Shown here: positions 1 to 13,639 of the stretch, in pieces | How the letters are laid out: each line of letters starts with the position of its first letter | How positions within the stretch are numbered: position 1 is the first letter of the stretch | Notes under the pieces: model-generated | Told to the model about the DNA's origin: nothing | Databases searched by the model: none | The model's input: the letters and a program-made list of their open reading frames with translations, nothing else | NCBI RefSeq assembly: GCF_004010195.1 | Contig: NC_057719.1 | Coordinates: forward strand, 63,983,196 to 64,047,195 | Length of the DNA stretch: 64,000 nucleotides | Origin: Chiloscyllium plagiosum | Lineage: Eukaryota | Direction of reading: 5' to 3' | Translations under genes and position numbers: made by a program

Positions 1-3000
1 AGTGGGTTAGGCAATATCTGTAAAGAAAGAAGCAGTTAGCATTTCAGATTAATCTTTCATCAGAAAAGATCTGTTTATGGCAAGTGCATCTTGTGCATTA
101 ATAATTATTCCATTCATTTTGAAATAGCCACTGTCAAGCCTCAGCCCTTTTAACTGACGTTTTGAAGATTGCTGCTGGAAGTGAGCCTTAATGAGTGAGA
201 TCAGAATTTGTTACCCATTCCTTTGCTCTTAAAGTCACAGTGAGCATTTGCCTTGAACCACTGCTGTCCATCTGATCTGGTACATGCACAGTGCAGTTAG
301 CACCACATGTACTGCTGGTTCTTGTTCTTGATGTTCAGTAACTGGATTGTTTCATCTGGACATAAGAAATCTTCTATGACTTTGACATACTTTCTGTTGT
401 TCCTGTCTCCATAATTGATCTCTAGATCCTCAAACAATCTCGTACTGTCTCATTTATTCTGCCACCTCATGTATTCAGCCCCCAACCTTTTTAAAACATT
501 ACTCCACAGTCCCTCTCTTTGACTGGCTGTTATCTTCTCCTAACAGTCCTACAAAGCCTCCGCACATTATATTTCTTCAGTGCAATTCCCTTAACCATTG
601 CTTTAAATCATTTTGTGCTTTTTCTAAAGTGCAGAGTTCCTGCACCGTATTCCATTTGATGTCGAACTAGTATTTATGAAACAAAAACGCAAAATGCTGG
701 AGAAACTCAGCAGCTCATGGCAGTTCTAAAGCTGAGTCACTGGACTCGAACATTAACTCTGCTTTCTATCTGTTGATACTGCCAGAGCTACTGAGTTTCT
801 CCAGGTTTCCAGCATCCACAGATCCTTTTTTTTGTTTAGTATATTACAAACCTTTTTCATAATTTCTTTGCTTTTGCATTCTGTGTCTATTTTTGTAACG
901 ATTTTTCAACCGGCCCTGGCACCTTCAATGTTTTGTCCATTTTTACCTATCACTCTGTCTTCTAATGCCCTCTTTAGAATATATCCTTTTAGCTTGTATT
1001 GTCTGACCTCACTTTTCCTACCAAGAAGCATCACTTCTCACTTCTGAGTAAAATTTCATATGGTGTCTGTCAGCTTCTATCCTCTTAATGGCTATCACTA
1101 TTCTCCTCACAGTTTGTGACCTTCCAAGTCTCAAGGCAACCACAAATTCTTAGATTCTGCCTTATGTATCCATGACTAAGTCATTAGTATATATGAGGAA
1201 CACCACAGTATACCTTTCCCCAGCCTGAAAAACAGGTAGATGGTTGAATCTGACTTGATAGTTGTAGTTGGTGCTGCCTCTGAAGATAGGAAGAAGTCTG
1301 TTCTGAGACGTATTCTTACCTTCTGCTATGACTTATTTTTATTCTTGTTTGCTTGATTATTGTATTTGACTGTTTGCGACCACCTCACACTAGTAAATAC
1401 TGTAATATATTCCATTTAATTTCACTCTTGAGATATTGTTAACTTCTTGGCATCAGTTAATCAAGGTATGATCAAGCAAAGGGCAAGTGGGATAGCAAGT
1501 TGATTAACCTGCTCCCTTTACTTTGTAAACAGAAGAAGTCTGCACTATTTGCAGTATCCTACTTACCGAGAGATCCTAATTATTATCTTTAAACTCTAAC
1601 TTTCACCTTTGCAGTCCTGGTAGATCATTGCTGTGTCGAGGCTGAACTGCATCTGACACTGACTGTGACAGGTACCAGTAGTTTCATTCACATGCTTGTT
1701 GGCTGTTGACCTGTAGGTTAAGATGCAACAGAAAGTGTCAGCAGTTGGACAAAGTGGGAATCTGAAGTCTGATGTGAGAAATATGCTGGTCCACATAGAA
1801 ATTGATGATTGCTTGATGTTAAGCCGAGTCACACTGTTGATGAGTATGTCTGTATTCTTTTTTGGTCTCATGGCTTGTGCAACCCCCCCCGTCCCACCAC
1901 CACAAATTCTTCCTTTTGCTTGTCTTAATTTTTATTTCAGGCACTTCCATCTTGGTTTTATTCATGCAGCTTGTTTTCTGCAGAAACCTATTCACTTTTC
2001 AACTAAAGTGGAAGTTTTCCCCTCCTGTTTTTTGAATTTTTGCTTACCCTTCCTTGGTAAGAAATTCTCTCTCAATTTGTTTGCTTTTGAACAGGGATTA
2101 TCCCTGAAGATGTCTCCTGTGCTTGCGCATGCTCTTGTTTACTTGCTCTCTGCCTCAGTCATTCAAACTCCGATCACTTGTATCCTTTGCACAAAATTTT
2201 TCGGATGAGTTCAAACTTCAAAAATCTAGCTGGCAATAACATCTCATATTAAACGCCTTTTAAGGTGCCTTTCAGGTAAATTTCAGATCCTTTTGAGCAA
2301 TAAGATTTATCAATTTTGGAGTTGTAAGATGGGCCAGGTACTTCATTTTGTTTCTTAACCTATTCCTCTCAATTTCCTGATCTCTGGAAATTGTTATTAA
2401 TATAGACAAAATGTATCCAGGTGCTGGTTCTGGTGATCTAGTTATTTTGCGATATATGTTGGAAAGCCTAAAGAACCAAATAAATGGGAAGTGGGGAAAT
2501 CCAAGATGGCAGCAGTATCTAAGAGGTCTGCTGAGCTGGACTCTGGGCCAGTCCCTGGGCAAGGTGGACCTTTTTACCGACCGACGACCAAACCCAAGCT
2601 AACCACCCCTTGGAAAACAATTCACAATATACAGTTGATGACTATCTAGAGCTTCTAAAACAGTGGTTTGATAGCTCTAAGATCAAGATGAAGGTGAATA
2701 AAGGAAAGGGGAAAGGAGTACAGCAGGCAGGATACTCACCTACTGTGTCAGGGGTGCCCACAACCATTGCTCAAACTCCCGTGGCAGCCTGTTTGGATTC
2801 AACGGGACAGCAGCATTTACTGTTTGCTAAACTGAGAAAAAAAAATTGAGGCGGCCCTGGAGCAGATATCTGCCATGCTGAAGAAGCATGAGCAGGAGAT
2901 CGAAACACTGGACCAATGAGTGGAAACAATAGAACAGAGGACAGCAGCAGTGCGGAGGACCCTGGAGGACTGATCCAAATACTGGAAGACCAGGTTTGGG

Positions 3001-3633
3001 TCCTGCAAGAGCAAGTGGACGATCTGGAAAATAAAAATAGAAGGAAAATCTTACGGCTCGTGGATCTCCCAAAGTGCAAGGAAGGTGAGGATCTAATTGG
3101 ATTCCTGGAGAAGTGGCTCCCAAAGTTCCCGGGGCTGGAAGTAGAGTTGGCCGAATGAGTGTGAAGTGGGCCCACTGGATCACAATGCGCATCGAATCCA
3201 TGCCCCCACCCAGTCTTAGTGCGACTCCAGCACTATAAAGGTAAACAGTTAATGATTTAAACAGCCAGAAGACTGGGAAGAGATCCACAGGCTTTAAAAT
3301 ACAAAGGCCCAAGAATCATGTTCTTTCAAGACTTCTCTGGAGCCATAATTAAGAACAGAAAGGCATTTGATGAAGTCAAGGAAATTAAGGGACCTAAACA
3401 TTCAATACTCCTTGAGGTACCTAGCGATGTTGCGTTTTGCTTTCGGAGGGACGGTCCATAATTTCGATTCGGCAGAAAAGGCTTTGACTTTGAACTCTTT
3501 TGAAGTAAAGGACTTGGAGAGGAAAGAGGGGCACCATTATAGACAATGGTATAGTTTTCTTAACTTTCTCTACCCCTTTTTTTTTTTTACTTTCTCTCCC
3601 TTTTTGTGGTCATCTGTCCTAGATTCTGTACTG

Positions 3634-3865
3634 GGAGAAAGTGAGGACTGCAGATGCTGGAGACCAGAGTTGAAAAATGTGGTGCTGGAAAAACACAGCA
3701 GGCCAGGCAGCATTCGAGGAGCAGGAGAATCGACATTTCGAGCATAAGCCCTTCTTCAGAAAGTGCGGAGGATTCCTGAAGAAGGGCTTATGCTCGAAAC
3801 GTCGATTCTCTTGCTCCTCGAATGCTGCCTGGCCTGCTGTTTTTCCAGCACCACATTTTTCAACT
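3634..3865 (-). mobile_element. Penelope-terminus hairpin insertion (family A) in the L1 inter-ORF spacer
   Basis: ~95 bp inverted arms; 14 bp TSD tagattct(g/a)tactg at 3620-33 / 3866-79. Confidence 0.85.
3773..3806 (+). ncRNA. Minimal hammerhead ribozyme motif
   Basis: CTGAAGA(3776)-a-gggc(ttat)gctc-GAAA-C-GTC. Confidence 0.55.
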
Positions 3866-6599
3866 TAGATTCTATACTGCCCTGGTATAAAACCTGATTT
3901 ATTTAACATTTTGGTCGGTTGGTTAATATCTGGGTTTTTTTTTTAAATGTTCTTTTCTGGATTGGGGTTGGCTATATCTGTGGTTAAGATGTAGGGAGAA
4001 GAGGTGTTTAGGGGGGGGAAATGGGTGTTCATTTTCTTTATCTGTGAATTGCCTGGTACTGGGTGCAGTCTCCGTTGGAAGGAGCCAGGATGGTTGCAAG
4101 GATTGAGAGGATAGTCTCTATGGCCAAGGTTGGGGGGGAGAGCTCTACTCAATTGGGGTTTATTTGGGTGTTTGTTTAAGTTGAATGTAGTGGCTAGATT
4201 TTTAGTTACAGTAGTTTTCATAGGAGTATTTTCTAGATTTTATAGAGTTAACATTTTTTTCACTCGTTGCACCTCGGGTAAGCTTTCTCCTCTCGGGAAA
4301 TCATGGGCTGCCCTCGACGACCATGGCTAGTGATCTGTTTAGATGGAATGTAAAAGGGAGGCATTCCCCTGTTAAAAGAAAGAAGGTGCTCTCAGCCCTT
4401 AAGAAGGAAAGGATTGAATCACCCTGCTGCAGGAGACTCATTTAACTGATGCGGAACATTTGAAACTGCAGCAGGGGATTATGACAGGGTATTCTTCTCC
4501 TTTAACTCTAAAAGTAGAGTGGCTATACTGGCAAGAAGGAACCTCCCGTTCCAGGTAACTGAGCAAATTAAGGATGAACATGGATAGTTCATCATTCTTA
4601 AAGCTCTTCTACACAGAAGAGTATGGCGTCCTGAATGTTTACTGTCCCCTGGCATACCCTCTTAAATTTCTAATTGATGCAGTTGCTAAATTTAGTGAAT
4701 CTTTGGGTGCACTGTACGATCTTGGGAGGGGGCGGCGGTGGAGATATTTTAACTGCCTAATGAATCCCAGGGCCGACAGGATGTCAAGGTGCCTGGCGGG
4801 CACACCTAGCCACTACATACACGACAATTGGTGGATTTGTGTGAGGAGTTGGGATTGGTGGATGTATGGAGCTATCACCACCCTAATGGAAGAGAGTTTG
4901 CTTTCTATTCCAACCCTCACAAGTGCCACACACAAATTGACATTTTCCTTATGCCATTTGTCTGTTTGGACAGAACATTGGCTCCCAAAATTGGGAATAT
5001 AACTATCTTGGACCATGAACCAGTGTATTTAGATGTTAAAATCAAAAGTGGCGGAATAGGTGCACAACACTGGCGAATGGAGCCATTCCTGTTAACGGAT
5101 AGCAAATTTGTTGAGTACATTACAAGAGTTCAGGGCCTTCTGGGATATCGACTCTGGTATGGCCAGTAATCCATCACTACTTTAGGAGACCACTAAGGCA
5201 GACTTACGAGGCCTGATGACTTCACATTCAACAACTAGAAAGAGTCTGGGGGAGCTGGAGGCCCAGCTGAAGAAGCATGTTATAATAGGTCTTCAGTGGT
5301 CAAGCTGCAGTGAGTCACTGCTCTCTCAGCTGCTCTTGACTCCTTGCGCACACAGGTGGCAAAAAGAAATCTCCTTTGCGAAACAAAGATTGTTTGAATT
5401 TGGGGATAAGCCAGGTAGATATCTGGCTAGAAAGAAGTGTTTCACTATCTATCAGAAAGAGGGTTGGCACAGTTACCCATGAGTTGAAGAAGATCAATGC
5501 TAGATTTCGGGAATACTTTGCAGAGTTATACCGGTTGGAACACAGCGAAGATGGTGCAGTGCGAATGCAGTCCATATTTATTTTGAGAACCTTGACTTCT
5601 GTGGTATAAATGTGGAACAGGCCTCCTTGTTAAATGCACCTATGATGATACAAGAGGTGGAGGTGGCAAAGCACTGGGGCCAGATGGATTCCCATGTGAG
5701 TTTTATAAGGAATTCATAAATGTGTTGGCGGAGCCACTTTTGGGGATATACAGTCATTGATATACACAGGATTGTCTCCTGCCTTCTCTTAGGGAGACAA
5801 ATATCTCCCTCATTTTAAAGAAGGAGAAAGACCCCAAAAGATGTGCTTCATACAGACCAATTTCGTTGTTGAATTTGGATGTAAATTCTGTCAAAGATGC
5901 TGGCCCTGAGGTTGGAAAAGGTATTGCTTATAAAAGAACATCAGACTGGTTTTATCAAAGGCCGTAGCTCTTCCAACAATATCAGGAGGGTACTGAATAT
6001 AGTGCAAGTATGCCAGCAACGATTGATCCCTGGTCTGGTGGTCTCCTGAGACACGGAAAAGGTGTTTGACTGGGTAGAATTGCCATACCTGTTTGGGGTC
6101 CTAGATCACTTTGATCTGAAGGGAGCCTTTGCTAGGTGGTTGGTAGTGGTACAACGATCCGAAGTCACATAACTTTAGTATTGGGAGAGATAGCCAACAG
6201 GATTGTCCCTTCTCACTGGTGTTATTTACCTTGGTAATTCAGCCGTTAGCCAAGGAGTACAGGAGGGAGCCTGAAATGGTGGCGCCAAAGGCGGGAATGG
6301 GAGTGCATAAGATCACCCTATACGCTGACTATGTCCTTTTTTGTTTTTGGCCAATCTGGAGAAATCTGTATTCAGATTGACACACAAAATTGATTTATTT
6401 GGCAGTTTTTTGGGATACAGGATCAACTTCACAAAATCAGAAGCCATGCTATTGGGGGGATTAGTGGAGGTGCCTGATCTGAAGGATGGAATGCAGTTCC
6501 CGTTTAGATGGTTGTCAAAAGGTTTTTTTTATATTTGCGAATTTTTATTACCCCTGCCTTCCACCAGCTGTATAAAGCTAACTGTGCACAATTACTGGA

Positions 6600-8110
6600 G
6601 AGTCATAGAGATGTACAGCATGGAAACAGGCCCTCCAGTCCAACTCGTCCATGCTGACCAGATATCCCAAACTAATGTAGTCCCACTTGCCAGCACCCAG
6701 CCCGTATCCCTACAAACCCTTCCTATTCATATACCCATCCAGATGCCTTTTAAATGTTGCAGTTGTACCAGCCTCCAGCACTTCCTCTGGTAGCTCATGT
6801 ACCACCCTCTGAGTAAAAAGGTTGCCCCTGAGGTCTCTTTTATATCTTCCCCTGTCACCCTACACCAATGCCCTCTAGTTCTGGACTCCGCCTCCCCTCC
6901 CCCACAAGGGAAGCGACTTTGTCAATTTATAGTATCCATGCCCCTCATAATTTTATAAACCTCCATAAGGTCACCCCTCGGCCTCTGATGCTCCACAGAA
7001 AACAGCCCCAGCTTATTCAACCTCTCCCTATAGCTCAAATCCTCCAACCCTGGCAACATCCTTAAATCTTTTCTGAACCCTTTCAAGTTTGACAACATCC
7101 TTCCAAAAGGAAGGAGACCAGAATTGCACGCAATATTCCAAAAGTGGCCGAACCAATATCCTGTACAGCTGTATCATGACCTCCCAACTCCTGTACTCAA
7201 TACTCTGACCAATAAAGGAAAACATACCAAATACCACCTTGGATATCCTGTCTACCTGTGACACTACTTTCAAGGAGCAATGGACCTGCATTCCAAAGTC
7301 TCTTTGTTCAGCGAAATTGCTGGGCTCCTTGCTGAGATTTGTATCATCGATAGTCGCAGGTGAGGTGCTAGAAGACTGGAGGTTGGCTAACATCGTGTCA
7401 CTATTCCAGAAAGGTGGTAAGGACAAGCCAGGGAACGATAGACCAGTGAGCCTGATGTTGGTGGTAGGCAAGTTGTTGGAGGGAATCTTGGGCAGGATGT
7501 ACATGTATTTGGAAAGGCAAGGACTGATTAGGGATAGGCAACATGGCTGTGTGAGAGAGAAATCATGTCTCACGAACTTGATTGAGTTTTTTGAAGAAGT
7601 AACAAAGAGGATTGATGAGGGCAGAGCGGTAGACGTGATCTACGTGGACTTCAGGTAAGGCATTCAACAAGGTTCCCCCATGGCAGACTGGTTGGCAAGG
7701 TTAGATCTCATGGAATACAGGGAGAACTAGCCATTTGGATACAAAACTGGCTCAAAGGTAGAAGGCAGAGGGTGGTGGTGGAGGGTTGTTTTTCAGACTG
7801 GAGGCCTGTGACCAGTGGAGTGCCACAAAGATCAGTGCTGGGTTCAGTACTTTTCATCATTTATATAAATGATTTGGATGTGAGCATAACAAATATATTT
7901 AATAAGCTTGCACATGACACCAAAATTGAAGGTGTAGTGGACAGCAAAGAAGGTTAGTTCAGAGTACAAGGGGATCTTGATCATATGTGCCAATGGGCTG
8001 AGGAGTGGCAGATATGGTTTAATTTAGATAAATGCATGGTGTTGCATTTTGGGAAAGCAAATCTTAGCAGGACCTATACACTTAATAGTGAAGTCCTAGG
8101 GAGTGTTGCT
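6600..8110 (-). mobile_element. CR1 LINE insertion with inverted 5' part, inside L1 ORF2
   Basis: 6600-7311 is a CR1 3' end on minus (RPLLEYCVQFWSP); ~7320-8110 is CR1 RT on plus (WRLANIV, QHG, SCLTNLIEFFEEVT, GVPQ). Confidence 0.9.
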
Positions 8111-9994
8111 GGATAAAACAGGATTTGCAGCAGTGGGAGGGATTACCGTTGCCAAATAGCCCTGATCAAAATGAATGTTCTTCCTTGCCTATTCAACCAT
8201 GAGAATGCTCCCCTTGTTGCTATTCACACGAGTGTTGCAGAGGCTCACTGGTTGGCTTGGGCCCTTCATTTGGTGTTGCAGGCACCCCCAATTAAATTCA
8301 CTAAATTGCAACTCCCACAGGGTGAGGGGGTGGTGGACCTTCTGGACTTGGAAGAGATATCAAATAAGCGCCCTGCTGGCGTATGTGGGTGACTAGGTAC
8401 AGGGGTTTCGGGATCGATTTTGGCTTGATGTTGAAGCCTCACAGTACAGATGTCCCCTAATTAATCAATTATTTATGGATAAGATGAAATCCGTGATGAG
8501 CAGTGTAAGAGCCCAATCATTTTGAATACGGTGTGAACTTGTAGGATAATGAGGCAAGGCCGAGCAATTGGCTTAAGACCTCGTTGTTTACCCCATTAGT
8601 GGGAACCCCAGGATTTAATCCTGGGGCAATGGGCTCCTGCTTTAAGGCATGGGAGAATAAGGGTATCTCTTGTTTGGGAGATGTATTGGAGAGGGAGATC
8701 TTGATGTCGTTTAGTCAACTAAATCAGAAATATGGATTGTCTAAAACTGACATCTTCCGGTATTTTCAGATAAAGAATTATCTACAGAGGAAGACCACTC
8801 GCCTGGCTCAGCTTTACAAGTCAGACAGGGAGAAAAGAGTGCTCTGGTGCACGAGCGCTCTTTCGGTTAGTATTTGTATTATTTACAGAAAGGGCATGCC
8901 TTTGGCAATATGGAAAGACTCGGTGGGACTTGGAATTGGGAGCTAGGAGAGGATATTTTATTGGAAATAGGGGAAAATATATGGGAAAATGTAAAGAAAA
9001 TCTAATATGTAACAGCACAGGCCATTCAATTGAAGATTTACACAAGGCTCATGTAGCGCCAGAGAGGCTAGCTAAGTTCAAAAGAGGAGCGTCTCCAGGA
9101 TGTCCCAAATGTAAAATTAATATAGGCGCTCTTACATACTGCTTTTGATCAAGTTACAAGGTCCAGAGATACTGGCGTGCAATAGTAAGGGAGCTGAAGA
9201 AAATCCTGGGAATTGAAGTCAAGGTGGATCTGGTATTTCTTCTCCTGGGGTTGCGAAACATGCCCACTCTGGGGGAACACTGGAAGAGGTTCTGTAACAT
9301 TCTTACGCACTGTGTGAGGAAGAACATTCTAATGAATTGGACGTCAGAAAATCCCCTAGGTCTTATAGGATGGTAAAGGCTGGTGATGGGGCATCTCCCC
9401 AAGACTATCTTACAAATATGGTGCACCACAAAATGGAGCAGCTTTATAAGATTTGGCAGCCCTTTCTAAATTATATAGATGCAGACTTATCGGCAATATT
9501 AACCAGAGCCAAGGTGTAGTTGTAGGAGTCTAATTGGGTGACCTGTGGGGACCCTGGGAGGGATAAGCTACAAAAATATGGGTACAATGCCTGGTGCTTC
9601 CCAAGATTGGGAGCTTCAGTGGAGGCGCAATGAGTGAATTAGAATAAGGTAATGTGATGTAATTTAATTTAACTTGAGAATTATGGGTTTGCACAGCTTA
9701 AATGTTGAGAAAATAAATGTCAAGAATAGATTATGGAATATTTGCATTTTAATGACTTTCTTTTTAAGAGTGGATGAAATTCTATTTTATTCTTTCTCTT
9801 TAAGCAATTCTGTCTCTTGCTTTCCAGGTCGACCTCAGTTGAAGTGGACTTGGCAAGTTTAAGTGCACAGCCATGTGAATTTTACTACAAGTAGTAGTTC
9901 CGTTATTATTAACATGGACTTTCTGAAACCAAAACAACTTTGACCTAATACTTTTAGACATTAGGAAGAAAGTGGAAAGGTTTAAATTTTAATC

Positions 9995-10349
9995 ATGACT
10001 ACCTCACACATGAATGGACATGTTACAGAGGGACCAGAAAGTGAGATGAAGAACATCGACCTTTCATCTCATGATGAGCCACCAAGACACAGAGAAATGG
10101 CAGTTGATTGTCCTGATGACTTGGGCTCACGAACCTTGCCTGTACGTCGAAGTGCTCAGTTGGAAAGAATTCGCCAACAACAGGATGATATGCGTCGTAG
10201 ACGAGAAGAAGAGGGAAAGAAGCAGGAGTTTGAACTTAATTCTTCCATTCGTCTGAAAAAACTAGCCCAGGTTCAACCAAAAGTGGGCATTGATAACCCT
10301 ACATTTGAGGATATTTTAGAAGGACCCAGCAACACTGTTAAAGTTTTAG
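9995..10349 (+). CDS. PALS1: PALS1 coding exon 1 (exon starts 9828 with 5' UTR); N-terminus with HREMAVDCP Par6-binding motif and coiled coil
   Basis: [12 protein letters not shown]...HREMAVDCP...[12 protein letters not shown]; acceptor tttccAG 9826-27; donor TAG|GTACGT, phase 1. Confidence 0.96.
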
Positions 10350-10732
10350 GTACGTAAGTGGACATAACGAGTGAAAACCTAATTTCTTATTGATTAGTTT
10401 TCATAATTAGATATTTTATTTAAAATGAACCTCTCTCCAGATACAGAGTATTTGATACTTTTTAAGTTTTTCTGTTTTGTAGATTTAATGGCATTAAGAT
10501 ATTGACCATCTGAATGATTTGAGGTAACATTTTATAGTAATTTGAGTGTCATAGCGCAACAGTAATATTCTGTAAATTGGGTTTATAGATTTTTCTAGTA
10601 TCTTGACATGAAAATTAAAAGATTGTGTTCATTTCATATCATGTGCAACAGCAGAATTAAAAGTTCTCCTGTTGGAAAGTTAAGCATCCAAATTACAGGG
10701 AAGAAATGCCATTAAAATTTGGCATTGGTGTT

Positions 10733-11391
10733 TGTTATGGACCAGACCAAACCCCCTTCAAATATGTCAAGAAGATAGCTTAGACCTTAACTCTTATCTT
10801 ATTTAAAGACCAGTGTAAGGGGCTGTGTGTCAAACGTACTCTGCTTTAAGCAAAGCACATTTTATTCTTAACCTACAGTTAAAATATAAGCAAATGAAGG
10901 AGGAATTGGTCTAAATTTAACTCTTTTGGAAAACTTAACAGAATAATAGATTATTTAACTACTAAACATCAACTATTCTAATATAGTAACATCCCTTAAA
11001 CACATCCTTGGCAAAGGCAAATTCAGTAAAATGGATTGTCTCACATGCAATGTTTTTGTAGTCCAGGAAGAAAGAACATTAAGAAAACATTCTAGCAGAG
11101 TGAGAGTGAGAGTGCGAGCTCAAATGTTTTGCTGTAGCAGAGATGTATGGCAGCTTCCAAATCTCAACAGCTACTGAAAGCTAAACTAAAACCTTATTTC
11201 TGTAGGATTCTGACTCAACTCTTTCATGCTGTTTCTATTATTCAAACTTTCTTTTAAAAAAAAACCCAAGGCCTCACAAGCTGTTCACTTTTTTGGCTTG
11301 GAATAGACCACTCATCACCTCTGTCTCAATCTCTCCTCATTTTATGGAAAAAAAGGACAATAAGACCTCAAAGCCATAGAATCTTCACGAC
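10733..11391 (-). mobile_element. Possible solo LTR
   Basis: Starts TGTTATG, ends in imperfect complement cacgac; AATAAA on minus at ~10861; no clear TSD. Confidence 0.3.
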
Positions 11392-13639
11392 TTTTCCTTT
11401 TTGGTGCAGAGCAGCTTTTATCAACAGGAATTGTAAGACTACAAAAATGTGGTTTGTCCCATCATAATTTTGCTATTACTATTTCCCAAATTATTCTTAT
11501 CCTGTTTTCCTACCGTTCCCCTGTGAAAATATGACCAAGGAGATGAAATGGGCAATTCTGTCCCTCAAACCTGTTCTGCTAATCTGTAAGATTAAGGCTG
11601 ATCTGAAAGTGACCTCCAATCTGCATTCCTGTCTATGTCAATATCCTTTCACCCCTTTGATTAATAAGAATCTATCCATGTCTGCCTTAAAATATTCAGG
11701 AACTCTGCTTCTATTAGTCTTTCAGGAAGACTGTTCCAAAGACTCCTTGTGCTCTGGAGTACTTCAAATGTCCATCAAATTCCTGCTTAAATGTAATTTG
11801 CTCAACTCCAATATTCCATGTGCTAATAACACTCCCATTTCTTTCTGACCTTTGCCAGCAATTTTGAATCCAAGCTCCTTCATTACTGACCTCCAAGATG
11901 ATCTTTTTGAACTAGTCTTTTTGGTGCATGTACTTCTCCTACCTTAATAGCTGCCACAACCTATAGAAATTGTATCCCTTGTTTGATTTTTGCCGTTCAA
12001 GTCATGCTGATGACTGGTGTTGGGCAATGTTTCAACCATTTCTTTACTAAATATCAAATGAAGTGGGTAATTTTGTAGGTATTATTTGAAATTATTTCAA
12101 AAGTAGATTTCTTTTGTAATTCTACATATATTAAATAGATATTTATGTTGAAGAGAAACTGAAAACCTTTTTCTTCCTTTGAAATGTGTAATAGCTTAGA
12201 TCAAATTACAACATTTTGACAATTGTGGGTTTACAATTTTGAAATATGAGAACTTTTCTGCAGTGTTTAAAATATATTGTGTACTAAAGTTAGTCTATTG
12301 CTTCATGCTGCTGCTTGTGTATATTATTGTTTCACTTCTAGCATCCTTCTCTTTTAAAAAAATACTGTTTAACACCTGTATTTCATGTGTTCCCATGCAA
12401 CATTGTTCCATTTCAAATCCCCTTTCCCCTCAAATCTTTGAATATATTGCATGTTAGCTGATGTCCCTTTTTTTTAATTGCACCTGCTGGTTTAAATTAC
12501 TTTAGTCAGGCTTGCACCCGAGCTGCAACAGTAAGATGGCTGTAATCGGGGATGACACTGTACTGTAGTACCCAGTAATCAAGTTTTTTTTTTAACAAGG
12601 GTTTCACAGAATTAAAACTTGATACAGATTACAGTTTAACACTGGAATCATGACTTTGGTTTGTCCCTCCCTGACATCTCTGCAGTCTTTGATGTGACTG
12701 ACCTACCCATCATCCACTCTCATCCAGCTCCATGAGACTGTCATCACTCAGTTCCACTCTTAACCATGTACACACAATTTACAACAATTTCTCTCTTCAC
12801 ATAGCACTGTCATCTCATGAGTTCTCCATCAATCTACCTATGGCCCCATGTTCGTTCTCATTTAGATTCTGCTTCATCACAGCATCATCTGAAAATGTGC
12901 ATCCAGTTCCACAGAACTGCTGATAGCACCTAACTCTATCTCTCAACACTCTCTCTGCTGCTAAACTGCTTGTGTTTTTCTTCCATTCATGAAACCAAAG
13001 TGAGTAACTGTGATCCCTGACTCCATTTCCCTTTCAAGACACCTTCACGAGACTGCTTGGCAACTGCTTGATTTGAGCTAAGTTTCCATCCGTATCCTCT
13101 TCAACTACTTGCATCTCCATAACACTGTCTGTCTCTGTCTTTACAACAATGTACATGTCAGAATCCTAAATGTGCCGTCAGCACCTCCAAGCTTTATGGC
13201 CTCCCATCCTTTACCTGAAAGAAGTACTAATTTACTCCTGGTTGAATGTTTGCCTGCATGAAGCCCCTCACCCATTCTGCTATCCTCATTGACCTGAGTC
13301 AGCTCCTGACCTTCCACATTTTGAATTTAAAATTTCTGAGTCTACAAATTCATTTCTGCTGCATAGTCCCAATGCGTGCACAATCTTAAAGGAGGAGTTA
13401 GATATAATTCTTGGGACTGAAGGGATCAAAGTGTATGAAGCAAGGTTTGAGAAGGATATCCGCTATTATAATATTGAATGCTGGAGCAGGCTTGAAGGTC
13501 TACTCCTGTTCATATTTTTTATGTTCCTATATGCTCCATTGCTTTGGCTGTAATTTGACCTATGTTGCTGAGAAGAACTGTGAAATGTTTTATTTATTAA
13601 ATAATTCTACTGACAAGGCTTTTATTTTCTTAACTCTAG

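Larger units (their letters stand above)
2485..9600 (+). mobile_element. Decayed near full-length L1-clade LINE (ORF1 ~2688-3545; ORF2 4323-9519), interrupted by younger insertions
   Basis: 5' caagatggc motif; ORF1 DDLENKNRRKILRLVDLP; ORF2 remnants WNVKG (APE endonuclease), DGFPCEFYKEF, YRPISLLNLD, LYADY, C-terminal CPKC..C and WQPFLNY; many stops and frameshifts. Confidence 0.88.

Noticed and set aside
1596..2208. 161 aa and 91 aa ORFs
   Set aside because: Low-complexity Phe/Leu-rich, no recognisable domain
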